Shown here piece after piece: positions 26,375 through 33,686 of a stretch of 57,821 nucleotides of DNA. This DNA comes from a virus (taxonomy: Duplodnaviria > Caudoviricetes). Positions within the stretch are counted from its first letter, which is position 1. Each line of letters begins with the position of its first letter. The stretch is from positions 1 to 57,821 of the IMG/VR virus record IMGVR_UViG_3300041402_001073; one strand, written 5' to 3'. The notes beneath the pieces are model-generated. The model was not told the DNA's origin and ran no database searches. It saw nothing but the letters and a program-made list of their open reading frames with translations. Both the position numbers and the translations under genes were made by a program.

Positions 26375-26432
26375 TTTCAAGCACTTATCATGCTTACATA
26401 ATAATAATCATAATCATGGCATATGGTGTGCA
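26375..26432 (+). promoter_or_regulatory. Sigma54-type (-24/-12) promoter with upstream IHF-like site
   Basis: TGGCATATGGTGTGCA at 26417-26432 with correct GG-N10-GC spacing; TTTCAAGCACTTA (1 mismatch to WATCAANNNNTTR) at 26375-26387; RBS and ATG 26467 follow. Confidence 0.55.
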
Positions 26433-26466
26433 AGGTATAAGACAAACAACAGCGGAGGAAAAGATA

Positions 26467-26715
26467 ATGGGTAGATATAAAGAAATAAGGCAAAAGATAG
26501 AAAGCATTAAAAAGGTGGCTCATACTTACGGCGCAAGAAGAAATGGCTGTGAGCTTCTTAAGACTGTACACGCTACGGGCCAAACAACATGGTACATGAT
26601 AAGCCCCTGGACTGGCATTCACGCCATCCAAACAGACGGCCCAGAAATAAGCGAAAGAGTCAAAGCCCACTGGGATGGATTTGTAGAGAATAACAGTATT
26701 GAAAATCTGACTTAA
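26467..26715 (+). CDS. Hypothetical protein, first gene of the rightward operon
   Basis: GGAGG RBS before ATG 26467. Confidence 0.6.
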   Translation: MGRYKEIRQKIESIKKVAHTYGARRNGCELLKTVHATGQTTWYMISPWTGIHAIQTDGPEISERVKAHWDGFVENNSIENLT

Positions 26716-26765
26716 CTTTTTAACCTGCTTCCCTTTGAGGAAGGGCGGCAGACTTAAGAGGTTAA
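26712..26765 (+). promoter_or_regulatory. Conserved post-stop RNA hairpin, copy 1
   Basis: TTAACTTTTTAA..CTGCT T CCCTT TGAGG AAGGG C GGCAG..TTAAGAGGTTAA. Confidence 0.65.
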
Positions 26766-26786
26766 ATTTAAAGGGAGGCATTAGCA

Positions 26787-27038
26787 ATGAAAAAGGTTTA
26801 TGTAGTTAGCGAAACGGGCGAAGGCGTACACGCTGTTTTTTCAAACTTCGACGCGGCATATCAAAGGGTGTGCTTGTTGGTAGACGGTGAACAACTAAAC
26901 CACCCAAGAGAGGGCGCAAGGGTTGAAGCAGACAAGCTAAAATGTGGCGGCGTTAGCTTAAGAAGGCTGGGCGGCACTACAGTTTTCCACATTGACGCCC
27001 ACCCATTGCAGAAAGATAACAGCCTGTTTTTAAATTAG
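26787..27038 (+). CDS. Hypothetical protein
   Basis: GGGAGG RBS; MKKVYVV...GVHAVFS...A N-terminus common in small phage proteins. Confidence 0.6.
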   Translation: MKKVYVVSETGEGVHAVFSNFDAAYQRVCLLVDGEQLNHPREGARVEADKLKCGGVSLRRLGGTTVFHIDAHPLQKDNSLFLN

Positions 27039-27050
27039 GGGGCAAAAACA

Positions 27051-27224
27051 ATGCTAACACAAGCGACCAGGCCACAAGAGAGGCCACTACAAGCGGAAAC
27101 TATCACTATATGCCCTATATGCAGCAGGGAGACATTGAAAGAGGGTAAAAACGGTTTTGCTCTGTGCCCTGTTCATAGCTGGATAAAAGGCGTTAAAACT
27201 ATAGATATTAAAGGGAGGGCTTGA
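27051..27224 (+). CDS. Small Zn-ribbon protein (57 aa)
   Basis: Below cutoff; CPIC...CPVH. Confidence 0.45.
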   Translation: MLTQATRPQERPLQAETITICPICSRETLKEGKNGFALCPVHSWIKGVKTIDIKGRA

Positions 27225-27226
27225 AA

Positions 27227-27541
27227 ATGACAACTACAGACTTAAGTAAGTTCGGATGGAGAGAAAGAGAAATGGCAGCGGAATTGTTAACAGTGTCTTG
27301 CAAAGACGGATTTCCAATTGATTTTGAGAACGATGAGGTTACAGTCATGTTTAATCAAAACAGCGGTAATGTGTTTTTGACAAACTCAGAGTTTCAAGTT
27401 GCCATGATGAACGGTGACGACCTCGAAAGCTTCTATTCTTGCCCTCAATGTGGACATGAGGGCTTTCTTGCTGAAATGGATCACAACGAAGACGACGAGG
27501 ATTGCCAAGAATACCTGAAAGACATCAAAGAAAACGCTTAA
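27227..27541 (+). CDS. Hypothetical phage protein
   Basis: GGGAGG RBS; FNQNSGNVFLTNSEFQVAMMNG...CPQCGHEG. Confidence 0.65.
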   Translation: MTTTDLSKFGWREREMAAELLTVSCKDGFPIDFENDEVTVMFNQNSGNVFLTNSEFQVAMMNGDDLESFYSCPQCGHEGFLAEMDHNEDDEDCQEYLKDIKENA

Positions 27542-27596
27542 TCTTTTACCCTTGTCACCTCTTCAGGAGGAGAGGCGGCAAGTCTTATGGGATTAA
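27538..27596 (+). promoter_or_regulatory. Conserved post-stop RNA hairpin, copy 2
   Basis: TTAATCTT..CTTGTC A CCTCTTC AGGA GGAGAGG C GGCAAG..GGGATTAA. Confidence 0.65.
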
Positions 27597-27632
27597 ACCG
27601 AAAACAACAATAATAACGCAGGAGGGAGACAA

Positions 27633-27806
27633 ATGAAAAAGGGATACAAGCATAACGAGTTAAGCGACAGAGTTTGCGAGGCTAAAGGCTGCAATAAGCG
27701 ATTAAAGAAAAGGAGGGTTGAGGAGCACAACGATAGTCTTTGCTTTGATTGCAACCAGAGGGCCAACGGAAGAGGAAAGTATAACGCAAACAAGAAAAAG
27801 CTTTAA
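27633..27806 (+). CDS. Small basic Cys4 protein (57 aa)
   Basis: Below cutoff; GGAGGG RBS; CEAKGC...CFDC. Confidence 0.5.
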   Translation: MKKGYKHNELSDRVCEAKGCNKRLKKRRVEEHNDSLCFDCNQRANGRGKYNANKKKL

Positions 27807-27858
27807 TCCTTTACCCTGCTTTTCAGTGGAGGCTGGACGGCAAGAGTAAACGACTAAA
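27802..27858 (+). promoter_or_regulatory. Conserved post-stop RNA hairpin, copy 3
   Basis: TTTAATCCTTTAC..TGCT T TTCAGT GGAG GCTGGA C GGCA..GTAAACGACTAAA. Confidence 0.6.
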
Positions 27859-27880
27859 CAATCCAAAGGAGGACGACATC

Positions 27881-27991
27881 ATGAAAGCAAAAAAGGATAC
27901 GGAGCAAACGAGGGTTATTTTCAGGAAATTTAAAGACGGAGACGTTATCGCCTTATTCCCTGAACTGTCAGAAAGAGGAGGCAGGTCATGA
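27881..27991 (+). pseudogene. Truncated (36 aa) member of a phage family starting VIFRKFKDGDVIALFPE
   Basis: Strong RBS; recognisable N-terminal motif, then an immediate stop overlapping the next ATG. Confidence 0.4.
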
Positions 27992-28389
27992 GAATGGTTA
28001 GAGTAAATGAAGAAGCAGAGCGCCTTGATTTTGCAGATAGAGCCGCTAAGTGCTTTGAAGAGAGGCCGGAGGTTAGGACTTACACTGACAGCGGCAAGGT
28101 AGAGCAGGGAGAATTGTTTGCAGTACGCTGGGGAATGGATGCAGACTGTGTTGTTGTGCTTAAGGTAGATGAATACTTTGAGCCTGCAAACTACCAAAAC
28201 ATTGTGGACAATATGAAGGCTAAAGAACATACGCGCCTTATAGCGGCAAGCACTGATCTATTGGAGGCTTGCAAAGCTCTACTATCTAGCGAGATGTGCG
28301 AGAGAGAATTGCCGCCTGCCTTATTGCCAGAAGCGGAGAGGGTAGTTCATATGGCAAGGCAAGCAATCGCCAAGGCCGAAGGGAGGTAG
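27988..28389 (+). CDS. Hypothetical protein with C-terminal RLIAA.xDLLEAC..AIAKAEG module
   Basis: GGAGG RBS; common phage C-terminal helical motif. Confidence 0.6.
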   Translation: MRMVRVNEEAERLDFADRAAKCFEERPEVRTYTDSGKVEQGELFAVRWGMDADCVVVLKVDEYFEPANYQNIVDNMKAKEHTRLIAASTDLLEACKALLSSEMCERELPPALLPEAERVVHMARQAIAKAEGR

Positions 28390-28391
28390 AT

Positions 28392-28658
28392 ATGCAAGAA
28401 TGTTGCAGACAAAGAAAAAACGCCACTTGCATAGGGGCACAGAATGATGGGCCAGCCAAAGAGATGATGTGCCGGGAATGTAAAACCACCTGGCATGAGC
28501 TTGTCAATCCTGAAGCGGGGCCAGAACTACTAGAAGCTTGTGAAGAGCTAATGGAAACTTACAAGGCAGCTTTAGAATTTTTCGGTAGTGGAGATCCGGA
28601 TGCGGCCGCAGCTTACCGCAAAGCAAAAAAAGCTGTACTTAAAGCCGAAGGTAAATAG
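28392..28658 (+). CDS. Hypothetical protein with the same PELLEAC..KAEG module
   Basis: GGGAGG RBS before ATG 28392. Confidence 0.55.
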   Translation: MQECCRQRKNATCIGAQNDGPAKEMMCRECKTTWHELVNPEAGPELLEACEELMETYKAALEFFGSGDPDAAAAYRKAKKAVLKAEGK

Positions 28659-28712
28659 CGATAACGACGCAGGGCAAAATAACATTAAAATCAAATAAGG
28701 GAGGTAAGACAA

Positions 28713-29078
28713 ATGGCTAAAATATTTTACGTTGAGGATGACAAAACATTAAGGGATCTTTACTGCTTATTACTAACTAAGCCGGGGCATAGCGTGATAG
28801 ATAGGTGTGATACTGGCAAAGCCGACGCCATAATAAGTATCTGGAAGCCGGACTTGGTTATAACAGATCATAATCTCGGCGCTGGCAAAGAGACAGGGCT
28901 TAGTTTGGCCAGGAGACTTCATGCTGATGGTATTAAGGTTGCCATACTGTCAAGCTGCCATGAGACAGAGGATATCGCAGGAGATGAAGGAATCCCCTTC
29001 TTCAGAAAAGGGACTAGCATCAACAAAGTCTTGGGAGGTATGAAAATAGATGAATTTCATCAAAAACCACTTCATTGA
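28713..29078 (+). CDS. Single-domain response regulator receiver (CheY-like)
   Basis: IFYVEDD, PDLVITD (phospho-acceptor Asp), GLSLARRL, VAILSS, FFRK. Confidence 0.85.
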   Translation: MAKIFYVEDDKTLRDLYCLLLTKPGHSVIDRCDTGKADAIISIWKPDLVITDHNLGAGKETGLSLARRLHADGIKVAILSSCHETEDIAGDEGIPFFRKGTSINKVLGGMKIDEFHQKPLH

Positions 29079-29129
29079 GACCATCTTTGCTATTTGGCTG
29101 GGGATTTATTTGTTCAACAGGTTTGTAAC

Positions 29130-29324
29130 ATGACCTTCAAAGTCTTAAGCCACACTGATGACGGCACAATGAATGTCTTAATAGACAGCAAAGAGTATAT
29201 CTATTTCCTCGATGCAATATGGATTGATACCGTCATAAAGAAGGCAAAGAGGTCTGGAGGAGAGGCGTTGAATTTTTTAAAAACTAAAGCGAGAGATTGC
29301 AGGAGGATAAATGAAACTGACTAA
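29130..29324 (+). CDS. Hypothetical protein
   Basis: ATG 29130 coupled to a small upstream TM ORF. Confidence 0.45.
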   Translation: MTFKVLSHTDDGTMNVLIDSKEYIYFLDAIWIDTVIKKAKRSGGEALNFLKTKARDCRRINETD

Positions 29325-29556
29325 TTTTAGGCTAGTGGAAACAAAAGGGAAAGATTGCCTGACATGGGAATATATTGCCGAGGTGGATGTAATAACAAGA
29401 GGGATTCTTTTTTGGATAAAACGCATGAATACAAAAAAGATACGCAGGACATATGGGAACTCTTGGCATTTTGTTGACACTGGAGAGTGGACACCTGATC
29501 GTCAAGCAGAAAATCTCGCAAGAGCATGGACGGCCCAAACAGGAGAACCTACATAG
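29311..29556 (+). CDS. Hypothetical protein
   Basis: GGAGG RBS; WHFVDTGEWTP motif. Confidence 0.6.
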   Translation: MKLTNFRLVETKGKDCLTWEYIAEVDVITRGILFWIKRMNTKKIRRTYGNSWHFVDTGEWTPDRQAENLARAWTAQTGEPT

Positions 29557-29676
29557 GAGGATAAACGATGATGACGCAGGGCTTTGATGGTGTAGATTTT
29601 GTAATAGTGGCTGCCTTGTTCTTTTTGGGTGGCTGGATACTCTTCAGGAAGATTGACAAAGAAAAGGAGGACAGAC

Positions 29677-29913
29677 ATGGGGAAGGTCATTGATTTAACT
29701 GGCAAGAAGTACGGCAGGTGGACTGTGATATCGCAAGGCAAGAGTAATCCTGAAAAACAGGCCATGTGGAATTGTAAATGCAAGTGTGGCAATACTGGAC
29801 TAATAAAAGGCTACACTTTGAGGCATGGACAATCGACTTCATGTGGATGTTACCGTAGCGAGATCCAAAGAGCGAAATGCCTGGAATATACAAAAGGAGG
29901 ATTTGATACATGA
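29677..29913 (+). CDS. Stand-alone DLTGKKYGRWTV...CKCKCGN...SCGC domain (N-terminal module of HNH/AP2 endonucleases, no nuclease domain)
   Basis: Same module as the N-terminus of 40782..41378. Confidence 0.65.
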   Translation: MGKVIDLTGKKYGRWTVISQGKSNPEKQAMWNCKCKCGNTGLIKGYTLRHGQSTSCGCYRSEIQRAKCLEYTKGGFDT

Positions 29914-30350
29914 GAGGATATGCGTGTATAGGTTTAGACAATCCTAAAAGTGCTGTAAACGTAGGATCGGCTTTAAGGGCCGCAGGGTGTTATGGGGCTG
30001 CTATGATTGCCGTGACAGGCAATAGATGCGGCAAGACACCCACCGACACCATGAAGCAATACCGACACCGGCCTTTACTCCGAGTTAAAGACCTAAAGGA
30101 CATTATCCCTTATGATTGTGTTCCAGTGGCAGTTGACTTAATAGAGGGCGCTATACCGTTGCAGGAATATAAACATCCTGAGAGAGCTTTCTATATTTTC
30201 GGTGCTGAAGATGCCACATTGGGTGAAAGAGTGACTTCTTGGTGTAGGGACACCATCTATATTCCCACTGATGGTTGCATGAATTTAGCAGCAACGGTTA
30301 ATGTGGTTCTGTATGACAGGCTATTAAAGCAAAAAGGAGAGGACTTATGA
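29910..30350 (+). CDS. SpoU/TrmH-family (TrmL-sized) RNA 2'-O-methyltransferase
   Basis: SPOUT motifs NPK..NVGSALRAA, YIFGAED, IP..GCMNLAATVNVVLYD. Confidence 0.88.
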   Translation: MRGYACIGLDNPKSAVNVGSALRAAGCYGAAMIAVTGNRCGKTPTDTMKQYRHRPLLRVKDLKDIIPYDCVPVAVDLIEGAIPLQEYKHPERAFYIFGAEDATLGERVTSWCRDTIYIPTDGCMNLAATVNVVLYDRLLKQKGEDL

Positions 30351-30658
30351 GAGAAAAATGTAAATGCAAACGCGCTACTTGTGGATGGGAATGGGTATCG
30401 AGAATAAAAGGGGGCCCTAAGTGTTGCCCAGGTTGCAAATCGCCTACTTGGCGTACAGTTAGCAGCGCCCAGGAGAAGAGCAAAGTCAAGATGGCATGTG
30501 CTATCTGCAAGAAGGGCTTTCAGGAAGGGCAGGCAATCTACCGCTTCCAGGAGGGAAGGAATACCAACGGAGTTTTTGTACCTGAAGGAGTTGAGAATCA
30601 AGGCCTGTATTGTGAAAAATGTTCACCTTCTGAAGATGTGCTGCCTTTCGCGGAATAA
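30347..30658 (+). CDS. Double zinc-finger hypothetical protein
   Basis: C..C.WEW...PKCCPGCKSPTW; CAIC...CEKC. Confidence 0.6.
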   Translation: MREKCKCKRATCGWEWVSRIKGGPKCCPGCKSPTWRTVSSAQEKSKVKMACAICKKGFQEGQAIYRFQEGRNTNGVFVPEGVENQGLYCEKCSPSEDVLPFAE

Positions 30659-30663
30659 TGTAA

Positions 30664-30718
30664 GGGCCTTCGGGCCCATATATTCCACCTTTTAAAGCGC
30701 CGGGGGCCGAAACCCCCG
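30664..30718. terminator. Two GC hairpins at the convergence of opposing operons
   Basis: GGGCC-TTCG-GGCCC (30664-30677) and CGGGGG-6 nt-CCCCCG (30701-30718). Confidence 0.6.
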
Positions 30719-30809
30719 ACTATTATTTAAGCTCTACCGGCTTTGGGTATGCCGTCACCCTTTAAGCTATCCAGCGCACCACCTCCCGTCTTTAGTCCTC
30801 CATTATGTG

Positions 30810-31094
30810 TTATGTATTTATTTGATAATCTTTGCAATCAATATTTGCATTCAGATCGTGGCTCTCTAAATCAATGTCCGTTGCCTCACAATACCATGAT
30901 GGCCCTTCATAATGTGTTGCTCCGTAATCAAGCGGCTCTGTGTATCCAGGCTCATAAATCATATGTTTACATTTCCCGCATGTAGTTCTTTTTGGGTTCT
31001 TTCTGCAATAATGAGTCTCATGCCTAGCAACAGAACCTTTTCTTCTACTTACCATTGAGCAATGTTCACAACCGTATACACTTATTAATTCCAA
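30810..31094 (-). CDS. Cys-rich hypothetical protein
   Basis: CEHC...HE..C..NP...C..C pattern; GGAGG RBS. Confidence 0.55.
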   Translation of the reverse strand: MELISVYGCEHCSMVSRRKGSVARHETHYCRKNPKRTTCGKCKHMIYEPGYTEPLDYGATHYEGPSWYCEATDIDLESHDLNANIDCKDYQINT

Positions 31095-31158
31095 CTTAGC
31101 CTCCTTTTCAATTTACGGCAACATAACCTGCCGCTTGAAGCTTTGCTTCATCTATGTG

Positions 31159-31404
31159 TTAGATTTTCTCCAAATAAAATATATTCTGTGAGATATATTC
31201 ATTGTATGCTTGAACTATGCAGCCTTGATACTCCTTAGTTGAAGGATTAAATCTTCCCCATTTTAAAACAGTATATGGGAATCTTCTCGGATGAACTCTA
31301 CTTGAATATGCCATCACCATTAATTCACTTATGTCTTTGAGGTAAGGCACTGCAAATCTAACCCCACGGTGAAATTTCGACTCACTACACTTCGTTTCGT
31401 TCAC
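31159..31404 (-). CDS. Hypothetical protein
   Basis: GGGAGG RBS before GTG. Confidence 0.45.
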   Translation of the reverse strand: MNETKCSESKFHRGVRFAVPYLKDISELMVMAYSSRVHPRRFPYTVLKWGRFNPSTKEYQGCIVQAYNEYISQNIFYLEKI

Positions 31405-31508
31405 GATTTACCTCCCTGTTGCACCCCTTTCCTCTTCCTGTAGCTTTCCCAATTGAATATGATTAACTTACCATTTTCACGGAAACGATCTATCACCCTA
31501 ACACCTAA
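31401..31508 (-). pseudogene. C-terminal remnant of a DnaC/IstB-type helicase-loader ATPase
   Basis: Startless frame LGVRVIDRFRENGKLIIFNWESYRKRK. Confidence 0.5.
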
Positions 31509-31529
31509 AGGTGCGCCTGATTTCCATCG

Positions 31530-32174
31530 TTAACGCAACCTATCAATAATCCCATCCCCTAACCATGGCTTTATATTTCTACGCCCAGAAGAAGTAGGTT
31601 TTGAAGCTGGCTTTTGTTGTTGAGATGTGTCAGACCTTATAACCGTATGCTTTGTCACCGTCTTTATGATTATTTGCGGCCTAACATTCACAGGTTTATC
31701 TGTCACCGGAGGACGGGAAGACTGAGCCGGCTTTTTATGTGGAGTAAAATATGACTTTCTTGATGAAGTATTTTTCTTAGACTTTGGCGCTCTAACTGTT
31801 TTTTTCACTGGTTGATACTTTGGCTTAATGTAGTCCTGGTCAAGAGTCCATACCGTTATACCCATCGATTTAGCTACGGCCTTAAGTTGTGTAAGTTCGA
31901 GATATTTCTTTTTATTGTAAATAACCACTATGCCGGCGCGCTTACCTGGAGCTGCCAACCTCAAAGCATCAGCTTTACTTATTATATCTTCCCATGTAGT
32001 CAATTTGGAGACTTCTACTGCATGATTCTTTGTCAAGCAATCAACAGTGACGCCACCTATAACCTGGTTCAACTTACCACGTTTATCTTTACACCACTTT
32101 TCCTTGTAAAGATTTTCATTTGCAAAAACGAATGATGGCGCCAGTAAAAGAATTAACAATAAAACTTTCTTCAT
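31530..32174 (-). CDS. Exported protein (signal peptide) with degenerate restriction-endonuclease-like domain and basic tail
   Basis: MKKVLLLILLLAPSFVFA|N; YKEKWC...VDCLTKNHAVEV...GKRAGIVVI. Confidence 0.55.
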   Translation of the reverse strand: MKKVLLLILLLAPSFVFANENLYKEKWCKDKRGKLNQVIGGVTVDCLTKNHAVEVSKLTTWEDIISKADALRLAAPGKRAGIVVIYNKKKYLELTQLKAVAKSMGITVWTLDQDYIKPKYQPVKKTVRAPKSKKNTSSRKSYFTPHKKPAQSSRPPVTDKPVNVRPQIIIKTVTKHTVIRSDTSQQQKPASKPTSSGRRNIKPWLGDGIIDRLR

Positions 32175-32306
32175 GATTACCTCCTTAAATTTCGATTCTG
32201 AGACGTTATTCTTGTTTTATGGCTACATTGCCCTTTATTAGGCAGAGCTATTTGAGTCTGTGTGTCATTTCTTTCCTTCAGTGAAGATTTAAGGCAACAT
32301 TAAATA

Positions 32307-33686
32307 CTATCTTTCCCAATCTCCGCGACTACTGTTGTTATTCATTGAGTAATCCGCGAATCTCTGATATTCCAATTCCTCTTTTAGAAATATAGTCCCT
32401 AATTTTATATCCCTACCTTTAGCTATATCTAATTCGGCTAAGCCTTGCAATGTTTTAGGCTTCTCATCCATCCCTCTATATAGCTTATCGATATCATCAT
32501 CCGTAAAACCGTAGTCCGGATAGCCTGGCCGGTAAATAAACATAATCACGTCAGCGTCAAACTCAAGCATACCTGATTCTCTTAAGTCTGAGAGCATAGG
32601 ACGCTTATCAGGCCTTTCATCTACCTTTCTATTTAATGCTGTTAAGGCTACCAGTGGGATATTTAGGTCTTTAGCTAAACCTTTCAGCTTACTTGATATC
32701 TCGGAAACTTCCTGCTCTCTGCTTCTACCTCTACAACTAATGAATTGAAGATAATCAATAACGATCATGCCAATCTGCTTCTCTTCATAAAGTCTCTCAG
32801 AAATGCTTACTATTTTATCTATATTGAGATTGCTTTTGTCTATAACATAAATGGGCTTGCTGGATAAATCTCCAGCAGCGCGGGTAAGTTTAGGCCAGTC
32901 ACTCTCTTGGAATTGTGCAGAGGTGGTTCTTGCATGGTTTACTCTTCCGGAAGAAGATAAAGACCGCTTACAATATCTCTCCTTGCTCATCTCTAAAGAA
33001 AAAAACAAAGCTGGAACTCCGCAAGCATTCAGGAATCCATCGCAAAGGACCGACTTGCCCATGCTTGGTCTACCACCCAATAGAATAAAATCTCCAGGTT
33101 GGAACCCAGAGGTGGCCTTATCTAAATCTTTCAGCCCAGTAGGCAGCCCAGTCAGAGACCCTTTATTCTCATAAGAGGCCTCAAGGTGCTTGAACGTCTC
33201 CTTTACAACTTCTCCCATGGTATAAACTTCAACATCAGAGTGGTGTGATGCCACCTGGGAGGCGTCGTACCTCAACTTACTCATTATTTCAAGCACATCT
33301 CCGCCTTCTGATATAGCGTTTTGCACCTCATTGGTTAATTCGAGAGATCTTCTAGCTAGAGATTTATTTTTTATAATTTTACAGTAATGTTTAATATTGG
33401 CAGCCGTAGCCACCCCATCAGCCAGAGATGAAATATAAGCTGGACCACCGGCATTATCTAATACCCCAAAAGACCTCAGTGAATCGCACAAGGTTATTAT
33501 ATCAATTGGCTCTTTCTTTTGATCAAGGGCCATCATTGCGGAGAATACCCTGCGGTTTTTTTCTAAATAAAAATCAATACGGTCTATTACTTCAAGAGCT
33601 CTCTTTAATGCCTTATTGTCAATCAGTATCCCGCCGAGGACATGAATCTCTGCATCAAGGTCTTGTGGTGGTAGATTAGTACTCAT
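32307..33686 (-). CDS. dnaB: Replicative DNA helicase
   Basis: PPQDLDAE, GRPSMGKS, FSLEMS, IDYLQ, RPMLSDLRESG..EFDAD. Confidence 0.95.
   Translation of the reverse strand: MSTNLPPQDLDAEIHVLGGILIDNKALKRALEVIDRIDFYLEKNRRVFSAMMALDQKKEPIDIITLCDSLRSFGVLDNAGGPAYISSLADGVATAANIKHYCKIIKNKSLARRSLELTNEVQNAISEGGDVLEIMSKLRYDASQVASHHSDVEVYTMGEVVKETFKHLEASYENKGSLTGLPTGLKDLDKATSGFQPGDFILLGGRPSMGKSVLCDGFLNACGVPALFFSLEMSKERYCKRSLSSSGRVNHARTTSAQFQESDWPKLTRAAGDLSSKPIYVIDKSNLNIDKIVSISERLYEEKQIGMIVIDYLQFISCRGRSREQEVSEISSKLKGLAKDLNIPLVALTALNRKVDERPDKRPMLSDLRESGMLEFDADVIMFIYRPGYPDYGFTDDDIDKLYRGMDEKPKTLQGLAELDIAKGRDIKLGTIFLKEELEYQRFADYSMNNNSSRGDWER

Noticed and set aside
25489-26466. ORF-track ORFs in the control region (25489..25755, 25800..26120, N-terminal part of 26344..26715)
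   Set aside because: No RBS or recognisable motifs; they overlap promoters, palindromes and DnaA boxes.
26710-26767. Integron attC sites (copy 1 has ACTTAAC...GTTAAAT over 58 bp)
   Set aside because: Copies 2 and 3 lack the AAC/GTT core, G-T pairs favour the top strand rather than the bottom strand, and the integrase lacks the IntI-specific insertion.
15261-33686. Inteins or introns in terL, rtcB or dnaB
   Set aside because: All have normal lengths with contiguous motifs.
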